This document shows positions 33,740 through 64,000 of a stretch of DNA of 64,000 nucleotides, in pieces. The notes beneath the pieces were generated by a model. That model worked only from the letters and a program-made list of their open reading frames with translations. It was not told the origin of the DNA and made no database searches. Numbering within the stretch: position 1 is the first letter of the stretch; each line of letters starts with the position of its first letter. The position numbers and the translations under genes were made by a program. Origin of the DNA: the human T2T-CHM13v2.0 reference genome, Homo sapiens; the NCBI RefSeq assembly GCF_009914755.1, contig NC_060925.1; one strand, 5' to 3'.

Positions 33740-34902
33740 ATTCCCTCCTTTTTTAATCTTAGAGAGTTTCACTGGATTTTTGTAAGGTACATTTTACAAC
33801 TATTTATGTAGACAACAGGCCTACAATTTTTAAAAATCTAAATAAAAATAAAGACAAGTCTGCAGTTACCAACCACATACATACATCTATACAGGTTTAA
33901 AACATTAAAAAAAATTTTAACAGGTGGTGTTGCTTTGATTTTTCATTGCTGACATCATCAGGTTACAACAGGCCATAACAGTCTCAAGGCATTCCCAATG
34001 AACCACTTGGAGTTATTTGTGCTTGCGACTGTCAGTTAATGGAAGGTCCATATTGTTAGAAAGGCCCCTTATAAGCTCCCAAAACAATTTTCCATATTAA
34101 AAATCTCATTTTTAACAAGTGTTCGGAATAAAAAAAAATAAGGAATCCAATATGTTTTCTAGATTTTACAACTGTATAGTTTCAGATATAACTAGCAAAG
34201 TTATCATCCAAAGATATCACCTGAATTGAGAAAACAGGTCATTTGACTAAAGTAGTCTTCCTCACTAGGGTTTCCATTTACCACAGTATATCCCTACAAA
34301 GTCTAACTCGCAAGGCAAAGATCAATGGGTAGCCCACAGCAATAACTTTGGTTCTGATCAGAAATGCATCTCTTCTTTGGTTTTTCTTTTTAGTTTTATT
34401 CTAAGCTGGCTAAAGGAGGGTATTTAATGCCAATATAACATTAACACGACAAAATATTGCCACCGAAGCTAATATGAATTTCAGGTAAGCACTACTTTTT
34501 CATAACAGGACCCAGGAACATCACGAAAAACCTTTGTAAAAGTAAGTTCCAAAAGTAACCCTCTAGGGTGTGTTATAGCAGCTATATCTGGAATGAGATA
34601 CGTGGAAATAACAACCTTCCTGAAGCACTAACACTATGAGCATAGTTACTACCATAGAATCTCACTAATGAGATTCGCCCCTTTCCCCCTCACATTTGCA
34701 GAAATACAGAGACTGGGCGAAGAACAAAATAAAGTACAAAGCAACACAATGATAAAATTTATTTCTAATAGTTAAGAAATATGATATACTATTAAAAACT
34801 GACTCATTACTTGTTAACAAGTAATAAATCTACCACTGGTAATAGCGCTCTATAAATATTAAACATTCTGCTCATTCTACTTAAACCTACATATTGATTT
34901 GA

Positions 34903-36063
<1,161 letters not shown>

Positions 36064-37270
36064 CTAAATTAATCCCCTTTATGTATCCAATGTACTTTCT
36101 ATTTGACACACAAAAGTATGAGTGATTAGGAAAATACTAATTGAGCTGAATGACATAAATTGTATTAAGTGGATGATCACAAATTCAGATGCTATATACG
36201 TGGTTCCTATCTCCTACTAGTTAGTCTCAATGGTTCCATCATCTATGGTCAGCTTGGTTCTGTAAGGACTTTGCAGATCTAAGAAAATCATGCCCTGTAG
36301 TTTTTTAGAATAAATATGAAGAGCTTTATTATTTTGTTCCAAACCACAATTAAAAATACACACGATATGGTTTTATATCTAATGTTATTAACATACAGAC
36401 GCTAATTTTAACCTTTACTTGAGAAACCAGGACTTACAGGTGATTAATATCATCATCATGCCATAATCACATCATCCCAAAGACAGAGCAATCCCTTAAA
36501 ACATTTAGAAAACATGATGATGCAAGATTGAGGCCTCTGTTCCACTGGAACAGTGCATCAACTTTTCTCAAGCTTCCTGAAATTTAACTTACACCCTACT
36601 TCACCCTTTTGCAATAATTCCTTTACTGTACACCTCTGTTTTTCTTAAGTATATGTTCTTCAATTCTTCTCTCCCTAGTAACTATTTCAAAAATCAGAAA
36701 TAGGTGTAAAAATTTACATACAAGGAATATTCATCATAGTATTATAATAAAAAACTAGAACTGACCTAAACATTCTACAATAGAAGACATCAAAATAAAG
36801 TCTGGCTATAAAAAACGGATTGCCGCAGTCATTAGAAATTGCATTTTCAAAAACTATTCAATGATACGGCAAATGCTCATATGATTAGTAAAAAAACCTA
36901 AGATGCAATGATGTATATGAACAGTACACTTGAATTTGTGAATGTATGCATAAAAATAGCCGTGAGAGAAGTAACAGGTGGAAGGATCAGGAGTGATTTT
37001 ATTTTTGCCATACTTTCCTATGTTTTTAAACTTTCTACAAAGAATGTGTATCACTTCCTAAAACATACTTGGCACAGAGTAAGTCCCTCACAAATATCTA
37101 CCTATATTGTAGATGCAATGTTTACAAAAGGGTACCTTTAAATGCTTATTCCTTTCAGACTCCTTGATTGTATAAATACTTAAGTGCTTTTTAACCATAA
37201 AACTACATTGCCTTTTTAAGTATATAAGTGACATGTTTCTAAAATGTTACAACCCACAAAGCATCATTAA

Positions 37271-39206
<1,936 letters not shown>

Positions 39207-39323
39207 TAAGGTCTTCTAAAACAAGGTCTTCCAAACACAATCAAGGCTTTTTCATTTCCCTGAAAAGACAATGTACCAATAAGTAGTAAGATAAAACAGG
39301 TTAAGGCTAGCCCCCAAACTTAC

Positions 39324-39494
39324 CCTTAGGCTGTCTCCGGACAGGAATAAGTTGTAGGGGTTGAGAATTCGTTCATAATGCCCTCTGATATGTGAGCCCA
39401 CTGCTTTGCCAGGAGCAAACCCCATCTTGGTAGCAATTTTGGTCCATTTTCTATCCTTGCAAACAACTGCAAATCCACCTTCTTCTGCAACTAA
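39324..39494 (-). CDS. KDM5B: KDM5B exon 4 (LVAEEGGFAV...SGDSLR, 57 aa); ARID
   Basis: 171 nt, cag/gtaagt; manually translated. Confidence 0.98.
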
Positions 39495-39927
39495 CTGTTA
39501 AAATAGCAAAATTAGAAACAACTATATGGAAGTCACTTCTAATCACATCTAAGTATGACTCCAAGGGGAAAATGTTCTTGGCTATGGTTATCTTTTAAAA
39601 ACATGTTTTGCCAATCATATATATATACACACACACACATATATATACACACACACTATTAATTTTAAGTTAGAAATTTTCAACATCTCTCTTGACAACA
39701 TGGTCCATAAACATTTTGTCCCCTCTAAGCTACTTTTCACATCCCCAAAGCAATCATGTGGAAAGAACCAGGTTACCTAAAACTAAATCTCTACCAAAGA
39801 AGGGACTGTAATACTTGGTCTTATTCTGGGCTCTTAAATAAGCCTCCAAAAACTAAAGACTAGGATGCATGCCAGCATGTTTGATGGAAAGAATGTAAAT
39901 TTCAGAATCAAATGGGCCTGGTATTGA

Positions 39928-40730
<803 letters not shown>

Positions 40731-40817
40731 CAATAAGTTCCTTTTTAAGGCAAAGAAGATCAAATTCATTCTGTCAGTAAGATTATAAAATAAGTAAGAT
40801 GGTCATTAGCTCTTTAC

Positions 40818-40940
40818 CTTATTAAGCTGAAATAAGTCCAAGATCTTCCTCTCCACATGTGGAATTTTCAGAGTACTTCCCTGTAACTCCCAGTACTTTG
40901 CAATCTGGTCCAAGAAATTCAATTTTACACGAGTTTGGGC
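40818..40940 (-). CDS. KDM5B: KDM5B exon 3 ([10 protein letters not shown]...FQLNK, 41 aa); ARID start
   Basis: 123 nt, tag/gtaaag; manually translated. Confidence 0.98.
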
Positions 40941-41164
40941 CTAAAAGACAAAGAATTGAGTTTTCATCCCATTTAGCTTATTTTAAAGCTCCTATTACCT
41001 GCCATTATTTTCTTTCACAGAATATTTAAGTACAATACCACTTAAAAAAATTTTTTTTTAATTTAATGCTCTTTCAGCAAAATCATATAATACCACTTTC
41101 TAAATTCAGTGAGAAACGGCCAAAAATACACAAAATAAAGCTGGTTAAATAATTATACATGGCC

Positions 41165-43043
<1,879 letters not shown>

Positions 43044-43217
43044 AATTCGATATTTTAAAGACCTGTTCTCTACAGAAAGAAATGTTCTTATTTGCTCAAA
43101 TACAAATCTAAAAACAGATTTACAATGGTGATTCTGTAACAATTTTAATATATCGTAATAATTTCAAAGACGGTCCCCCTGGAATACAGGCAAACAGAAC
43201 AATAGTGAAGACATTAC

Positions 43218-43295
43218 CTCCAATTCATTCAGTCTCTGGATACGTGGCGTAAAATGAAGTTTATCAACATCACATGCAAATGGTGGCTGCCAATC
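43218..43295 (-). CDS. KDM5B: KDM5B exon 2 ([26 protein letters not shown], 26 aa)
   Basis: 78 nt, tag/gtaatg; manually translated. Confidence 0.98.
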
Positions 43296-43689
43296 CTAGG
43301 AGAAAGCAAAGGCTCTTATTAGAATAACTTATAAGCATTTGACATTCAAAAATTTGTTTTAAAATTAAAACCCAGGTTAGGTAAATCTTATTCTAACCAA
43401 TCAAACAAAATAGAACACAGAGTAGTGGTTTCTCAACCTTTTGTCCATGAGAGCAGCAAAATATGTATGAACACCCTTTCCCAAATAAATGATATATCAC
43501 ATATACACCTCTCCCCACAAACCTTCCCACTGAGCAATGTCATTGAGCCTGTAAAAAAAAAAAAAAAAAACACTCATTTAGGCAAAAGACACTTTGACTT
43601 CTGTATTACCATAGACATACCTCATTTTTTATATAACAGCTATATGTCTATAACTTTAAAAAACACATTTAACCTTCCAGTCACATTAA

Positions 43690-46680
<2,991 letters not shown>

Positions 46681-46939
46681 GTGACCCAGCAATTTTCTGA
46701 TAGGAATTTACAAATATCTATTACCACTCACAACACCTCAATATAGGCAAAAGGAAATTCACTGCAAAATTCCTTCAAGTTAAAATGTAAGTATCAGTAG
46801 AGAAAAAGCTAAATAAATGTTGGTATATCTACAACCAACAATAAAATACCACTCAGCTATAATAAAAAATATCTAGATATTCTAAATATGGAAAGATACC
46901 CAAGCATCAATGAGTAAAAAACTAGAACAAAAACATGTA

Positions 46940-47085
46940 TTAGGTTGGTGCAAATGTAATTGCAGCTTTTGCCATTACTAAAAAAAAAAAAAAAAAAATA
47001 CATATATATGTGGCAAAAGCTGTAATTTTGCCATTACCTACATATACATATGACAAAAACCACAATTACGTTTGCGCCAACCTAA
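46940..47085. mobile_element. Expanded MADE1 (Hsmar1-derived MITE)
   Basis: TIRs ttaggttggtgcaaa...tttgcgccaacctaa with TA flanks; 146 bp versus ~80 bp typical. Confidence 0.9.
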
Positions 47086-47225
47086 TAACATTGTGTTGAA
47101 TTTTACATATGCAGATTTTAAATAATATCACAATAATAAGGAGAAAAGAGGCTTTTTTAACATTTCAAATTTGTGCTGTTGGAACTTATCATTATAGACT
47201 GCTTTTAGTTTAGAATAAAAATGAC

Positions 47226-52514
<5,289 letters not shown>

Positions 52515-52718
52515 TAAAATAAGAGCACATATTGTTAGATTTCCATGCTTAAAGAGCTGCTAAGATTTTTTAGATATATAGTTCAAGGGTAAAGGCAGAC
52601 AACACACTGAGAGTAGATCTGCTGGGATGGCAATGGAATTGAACTTGTATACTGTAAAAGTTAACACTGTAGCCAGCAAACCTAGGTATGGTTCCATGAT
52701 AGCAGTATTTCACATTTA

Positions 52719-52807
52719 TTAGGTTGGTGCAAAAGTAATCACAGTTCTGCCATTAAAGCAAAAATGCAAAAATGGCAAAAACCACGATTTCTTTTGCACC
52801 AACCTAA
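52719..52807. mobile_element. MADE1 MITE
   Basis: ttaggttggtgcaaaagtaat...cttttgcaccaacctaa with TA flanks. Confidence 0.92.
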
Positions 52808-52898
52808 TACCATGCCATTTCCTGTGTGCCCACTATACAAAACTTCTTGACTGCATGTTCTTTTATTGGGGCAAAAGCTAGGCAACAGAATAGATTTA

Positions 52899-54122
<1,224 letters not shown>

Positions 54123-54745
54123 TCACAGATATTTAGCTGAAAGGGGGGAGTTTTCTTGGATCCACTGAAAGGGTCTTGGGAACCCTCCAAGGGTCCTCGG
54201 CCCACACCCTGGAAGTAACTGCCCTATTGAACGCCCTGCAGAACACCCCATACAATCTGTCCTTCCAAAGAACTCTTTTCATCCAGATTTAAAACACAGC
54301 CCTTTCAAGTGTATTCTCCATTCACTAATAGTGATTTATTGACCGCCTATTTTTACAATGTCAACATTTTTAGAAAAGTTATACCTGGGTCAACCCAGTC
54401 TTCCCTAAAGTCCTATCACCAAAAAGACCCTGAAAATACCAACACAATCATGTAGACTTTTAATAGTCATTATTAAAAATAAGTACCAAGGAATGAGAAC
54501 TTGTATTATAACTTTTACAGATAGGCCATGGTGAAAGCTATCAGTTTTAAAGAACTTGTTTCAAAGATTATTTTAGCTTCTGAATATGAAATACTTGGGA
54601 ATGCAAAGCACTGTTTCTACGGAATATTAGTAAATAAAAATATAGTAGTAATAAAGGGATATGCCATGGTATTTACTTTTTAAGCATTCGTCACATTAAA
54701 TTCCTCTTTTACCACTTTTAATAAAACTTGGCAATAATAATGATC

Positions 54746-54790
54746 TGTATTGTATTGGTATTGGTATTGGTATTGGTATTGGTATTGGTA
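54746..54790. repeat. (TATTGG)n hexamer microsatellite
   Basis: About 6-7 tandem units. Confidence 0.9.
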
Positions 54791-55427
54791 GGTCCTCTAA
54801 ACAGGAAAGCATTATTTCTTTCATGTCATTCACAGACATTTTATGATACTTCAATCACTGAATGGGATGAGAAGAAATTTCAGATCCTTCCCCCTACATC
54901 AATTATAATTGGTGCACATATTACTTCAGCATGCCTATATCAAGCCATGCTGTAATCAAGTATACATAATTTCACAGCTTTTCCAAGGAGGTTCTCTAGT
55001 AACTAGTTTTCATTGTGTTTTTTCCATACCTAGAATCCAGGGAAGAAAAAATTTCTGGCAGAAAACTGAGGCTGCCAAGGTTAAGAAAGGATTATATACT
55101 TTAAAAAGATTCCAAAAATGATCTGTCTGTCAGGGGGAAGGGATTTAGGAAAGAGGTTGGACTCTGACCCCAACCTTGCCTAAGCAACACCCAAACCTAC
55201 CTGGGCACTAAGGGCAGGGGAAGCTTAAACATCCCACACCCTAACTTTAAGGCCTCATTAGATCTGCAAACACACGCCTGGAGATTCAACATCAGGGTCA
55301 AGAAACGAACAGAAGTGAGACTAAAAATCAGTTTGAGCCTCAAAAAATACTACGAGATGGCAAAATCTTTGTTGTGTCAATATCCCATCTAAAGATGACA
55401 CATTTGCAATAGTATTAAAGAAAGAAG

Positions 55428-55725
55428 GGCCGGGCACAGTGGCTCATCATGTCTGTAAGCCCAGCACTTTGGGAGGCCAAGGCGGGTGGATCACTTGAGG
55501 TCAGGAGTTCGAGACCAGCCTGACCAACATGGTGAAACCCCATCTCTACTGAAAATACAAAAACTAGCGGGACGCGGTGGTGGGCGCCTATAATCCCAGC
55601 TACTGGGGAGGCTGAGACACGATAATCACTTGAGCCCAGGAGGCAGAGGTTGCAAAGTGAGCCGAGACAAGTGAACTGAGATGGCGCCACTGAACTCCAG
55701 CCTGGGTGACAGAGCGAGACTCCAC
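55428..55725 (+). mobile_element. AluS whose tail runs into a purine tract
   Basis: Alu consensus ending gagactcc. Confidence 0.9.
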
Positions 55726-56265
55726 AGGAAAGGGAAAGGCAAAGGGAAAAGGAAAGGAAAAAGGAAAAGGGGAAAGGAAAGGAGGAAAGGGAAGGGGAAA
55801 GGGGAAGGGAAGAGAAAGAAAAAGAGAAAGGGAAGGGAAGAGAAATGGGGGAGGTGAGGGGAGGGGAAGGGAAGAGGGGAAGGGGAGGGAAGGCAGGGGA
55901 GGGGACGAGAAGGGAAGAGGGGAAGGGGAAAGGGGAAGGGAGAGGGAAGGGAGAAGGGATGGGAGGGGAAGGGGGGAGGGGAGGCGGAAGGTAGAGGAGG
56001 AGGAAAGGAAGGCAAGGGAGAGGGTAATGGGAAAGTTAAGGAAAGGGGAAGGGAAGGTGAGAGGGAGGGGAGGGGAAGGGGTAATGAGAAGGTTAGGGGA
56101 AGGGAAAGGGAAAGGGAAGGGGAGAGGGAGGGGAGGGGAAGGGGGAGGGTAGGGGAAGGGGAAGGGAAGGGGAGGAGAAAGGAAAAGGGAAGGGGAGGGG
56201 GAGAGAAAGGGGGAAGGGAAGGGGGAAGGGTAGGGGAGGGGAAAGGGGAATGGAAAGGAAAGGAA
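55726..56265 (+). repeat. ~540-bp almost pure G/A tract, degenerate (GGGAA)n
   Basis: Direct inspection. Confidence 0.95.
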
Positions 56266-56269
56266 TTAA

Positions 56270-57620
<1,351 letters not shown>

Positions 57621-58320
57621 TGACCAAGCTTCAAGGCTAGATCTCCTACTTTAAAGAGATAAGGATGTACTAATAATACATAGGCATGCTCAATTTAGGA
57701 TGGTAGATAAAAGTATGTCAAAAGATCTTAAAAGAAACTTACCCTATGATATATTTCAGACTATGCTGTGTGACTGTAGTAGCGCTGGTATTATCAAATG
57801 CTTTATTTCTTTCAAATTTATTGCCATAGTCCAAAGTAAATTTGATTTGAAAGATAACCCACTTTAGCCTAAAATATGAGGAAGTTGCAGTCTGATAAAA
57901 CTGGTTTTCTTTTGAATGGCTGCCTGGTATCAATGGGATATACTCTATAAAAACTGTAATTATCTACTTTTCCAGGGTTTTACAGCTGTGTCTAGAGTTG
58001 AGACTTCAGAAATATCACCATTAAGCCACCTAAGTCTGAAATACTAACAATGAACTTACTATTTTCTTCTTAGCTTCCTAACAACACATTTCCTGGTACC
58101 TCCAACCAAATTCTCTTCCTTCCTTGAATATTGTTGTTTTGTAGGAGGATGTCATGACCCTCATTCTCACTCTACACACCTATTTCCTCACGCAACCCTA
58201 CTCTAATCCAAGTGAAGCAAAGCCTTCCCAGACAGCTCCCTCTCATCCATCTCCATATCCCCCCAACCTTTAACCACTCGGTACATAACTTCTATTCCTT
58301 GCATACGTCATACTTGCTAA

Positions 58321-59704
<1,384 letters not shown>

Positions 59705-61367
59705 CTATGAAGGGAGCCATTATATATTAAATTAGAAGAACACTGAACTTGGGAATAAAGAGCCATGGTTTGCAACATCCAATTTGTCCTTTCAAGGCTG
59801 TGTCACCTTAGGCAAGTCAAGTCTCTCAAGCTCAGTTTGTTTCCTTTTCTATAAAATGGATCTGCCTTAGCAGCAAAAACCAACAAATATGTTGCTTTTG
59901 TTTTTGTTTTGCTGAACCTACCAGGATACAAAGTATATATGCAAAAATAATAGATTCATAATTTCCCATTAATCATCTCATGAAATCACAATTGTATCAT
60001 TACTATGGTTATATAAAAGGCAATGCAGTAGTTCAGAGCAGTAACTGAGGACCTGCACAGCCTAAGTTCAAATCTGGCTCCACCAGGATTTGGGCTAGAT
60101 TCCTTCCCTCTTTGGGCCTCACTATGTAAAGAAGGGCTGATATTTTAAGCTGCCCATTTTACAGATAGGTTAATAGAATAAAGCTCTGAAAATAGTCATG
60201 ACCCTCCTTAAGGTTAGGAGCTCAAGGATAACATGGAAATAATGGAACACATGCCAGAAACCCAACATTTTGATTCCTACTCTATTCTTTCCACAAAATC
60301 TCTATTCTCTTGAAGTTTTCATTTCCTAGCTGGCTAATGTTACCCCTCAAAACCAAATTATCTTAGAATCCTAAATCAAATTCTAAACTTTGTTCTTGTC
60401 AAAAAAATCTTGATGAGCAACTATATATTCTATAAATCAAAAATATATTTTAGAAATGGAAGATGGGAAAAGCCACAAGGTTACCAGAGAAAAACAGTAG
60501 TTATAGAGGAACCCAGAAGAGTGGGCTGCTACCAAGCACAATTTTTAAAAACCCCAAACCCATACTCTACCACAAATCCCTGAAGCCAGCCTCCCACTGG
60601 AAAATTTGGTGGCTGTTCTCAATTTGTCCAAAATACATCATATTGGATGAAAGCCTCTCTGAGACAGGCAAAAGTCTAAAGACCTGGAATTTTACAAAGT
60701 GGAGGTAATACTCAAATTTCACTGTATAAACTTCTCTTATATCCACCCCTTTCCCCACTGTCCTATAAAGATAACAGAATACAAATCCTAAGGGCTCCTA
60801 CCTCCCATCTCTTCCAAGTTAAAGCCTGGCAAGGATGAGATATTACCATCTGGTTTAAATGTCACCAAATGATGAGTTGGTATAACCACAGAAAATTGGG
60901 AGGATCCTGCCTTAAAGACCTTGTAATTATGTGGGCTTGATAGGGATTTGTTCTTTGTTTCTGGGGTTATGTGATTAGAGTAGTATTAAAATGTTTCAGT
61001 ATCTGTAGCCTGTAGTATGTATGCCCCATAAGAATATGTGCTTAATGAAAAGTTCCAATCAAGTGCTTGAAACACACTAAGTTTAGGCTTTAGTTCTCTG
61101 AACATTACAATTTGGTCAAGCCAGTGAGATGGCAAAAATTAACTCAAGAATGCACAACAATCTGCCTAAGGGCACATAAAGTACATAGCTGGGAAAAGAA
61201 ATCTTAGCCTAGCTATCTACTCCTAACAAAAATACCTAAGCATTTGACAATTTTAAATGGTACATATACCATTGGGGAGTGTCTTAATACATTTAGAAAG
61301 CAGTATTAAGTGACTGATTCAAGACCAAAAAATCCACATTAAAGTCACAATAGAAATGTAGCATATG

Positions 61368-62320
<953 letters not shown>

Positions 62321-62450
62321 TCTACATGGGTTTACCTAAGAGGCAATGTTATGAGGTCCAATAACAGAAGATATATTTGAATAAAAAACTAGGAAATTTA
62401 AGTTTATATGATTACATAGGGGTCCTAATTAACTTTTTTTTTTTAACATA

Positions 62451-62596
62451 AGATTGTCTAATTGTTGGTAAATAATAAAATATAGGGAGTAAAATACAGG
62501 GAGTCAGTCTTGGTGCAAGGTGAAGATTGTCTAATTGTTGGTAAATAATAAAATATAGGGAGTAAAATACAGGGAGTCAGTCTTGGTGCAAGGTGA
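62451..62596. repeat. Perfect 73-bp tandem duplication
   Basis: 62451-62523 identical to 62524-62596. Confidence 0.95.
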
Positions 62597-64000
62597 GGCC
62601 ACAGAGTTGGAATGGGCCTGACCAGCCTCGCACTGTACAAGCACCAATCTAGAGCTAGGACTGAAGCTGCAAGATGACTGACAGGACTCTGGGGGCATTA
62701 GCTCCCTCCAACAAATGGTGGTCTCACGTTTCAAGGGCTGTGGTCACCTCCTTCCTCATGACACCCCTGGACATGGTGGAAGGTCCATTTGCAGTCTCAG
62801 TGCCCGCTGGTGGCCAGTGAGCTGACACCTTCCTCCAGACTTCAGAGCCTCTCTTATGCCAAGCTGCCCTCCTCTCTCCAATCCTGTACTACAATGGTGT
62901 CCTGGAGCCTCTGTACCTATGACCAAATGGTCCCCGCTGTGCCACCTGGTTTTAAGACCCTACCAGCTTCACTGGCACCTTGGATGCCTCTGTGAAGATT
63001 CTGAGGCACAAGGGCACCAGGACCCTGTGGAGTGGCCTCCCAGCCACCCTGGTGATGACTGTGCCAGCTACCACCAACTACTTCACTGCCTACAACCAAC
63101 TCAAGGCCTGCCTGTGTGGCTGAGCCCTTACCTCTACATAACCTTGGTAGCTGGTGTGCTGGTCCACCCTGGCACTATCACTGCAATCATCAGTGCCCTG
63201 GAGCTTATGCAGACAAAGCTGCAGGTTTAGCATATGTTATACTATGTGCTGGTACCTGTGTTTGAGCTCCGGTGGCTTAGAGTGGTTGGTGCTCACTGTG
63301 GCTGTGCCGGGGCCCCACTCTCCTTAGAAATGTGCCCTTCTCAGCCCTGTACTGGTTCAACTACGAGCTAGTGAAGAGCTGGCTGAATGGGCTCAGGCCA
63401 AAGGAACTCCATGGTCCCATGACAACCATAGGAGTCAGCTTTGCAGCTGGCAGCATCACCATGATGCTGGCTACAGTGCTGACCCTAACCTTTGTCGTGA
63501 TGAAGACTCAACACCAGGCCACACTCGGAGTGATGGAAGCCGTGGAAGTGACATCCCTGGATGCGGACTCTACCTGGTTGCTCAGAGGTGGATCTGTGCC
63601 AAGTCGGGCATCAGAGGGCTCTTTGCAGGCTTCCTCCCTTGGATCATCAAGTCTATCCCCTCCTATGCTATCACGATCACCACTTATGAGTTCAGCAAAA
63701 GTCTCTTAAAGAGACTCAATCAGGACCAGCATCTGGGCCATTCAAAGGGGCAAGGAGGCAAGGACCCCCATCTCTCCAACAGATGGGGAAAGAGGGGAGG
63801 AGGGACTGAACCCCTCAGCCCTGAGGGGAGGATCCTTGTTTCCATTCCCGCTGTGCAACAGCCCCAGGGGTCCAGGGGTAGGCTGCCCCTCTGGGCAGCC
63901 CAGGCCATCCTCAGACACAGCTTCCTCCTGCTGCTTCCATCCTGGGGATCATCCATTTCCTACCCTCCAAGTTCAAGACCAAATCTGCTATCTGCCCCTC
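62597..64000 (+). pseudogene. Processed SLC25A39 pseudogene (probably SLC25A39P1), antisense to KDM5B, in intron 1
   Basis: ATG ~62674; intronless, frameshifted peptides GISSLQQMV, ASELTPSSRLQSLSYAKLPSSLQS, GTRTLWSGLPATLVMTVPAT, VPFSALYWFNYELVKSWLNGLRPK; 3'UTR continues to the window edge. Confidence 0.93.

Noticed and set aside
55626-56152. Pro/Phe-rich and Gly/Arg/Glu-rich ORFs
   Set aside because: Low-complexity purine tract lacks stop codons

Overview
Human (or very close hominid) genomic DNA covering most of KDM5B (JARID1B/PLU-1, H3K4 demethylase) on the minus strand: canonical exons 2-22, the first 89 nt of exon 23, and about 20.7 kb of intron 1. Exon 1 lies beyond the right edge. All exons have GT-AG boundaries and consistent phases. 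They encode part of JmjN, ARID, PHD1, JmjC (HIE...H iron triad), the C5HC2 finger and PLU-1. The introns hold an exonised antisense Alu (108-nt in-frame cassette), a 5'-truncated sense SVA 43 bp from the exon 20 donor, a full-length COX7C retrocopy 25 bp from the exon 5 acceptor, an old SLC25A39 retrocopy, roughly 50 Alus, and L1, MIR, MaLR and DNA-transposon relics. I found no new gene or multi-gene system. The best leads are retro-insertions placing sense poly(A) signals beside splice sites, three candidate cryptic exons, and several template-switch scars in intron 1, including a 21-nt inverted copy taken from about 930 bp away. Exon numbering, residue numbers and repeat names come from memory; repeat boundaries are approximate.
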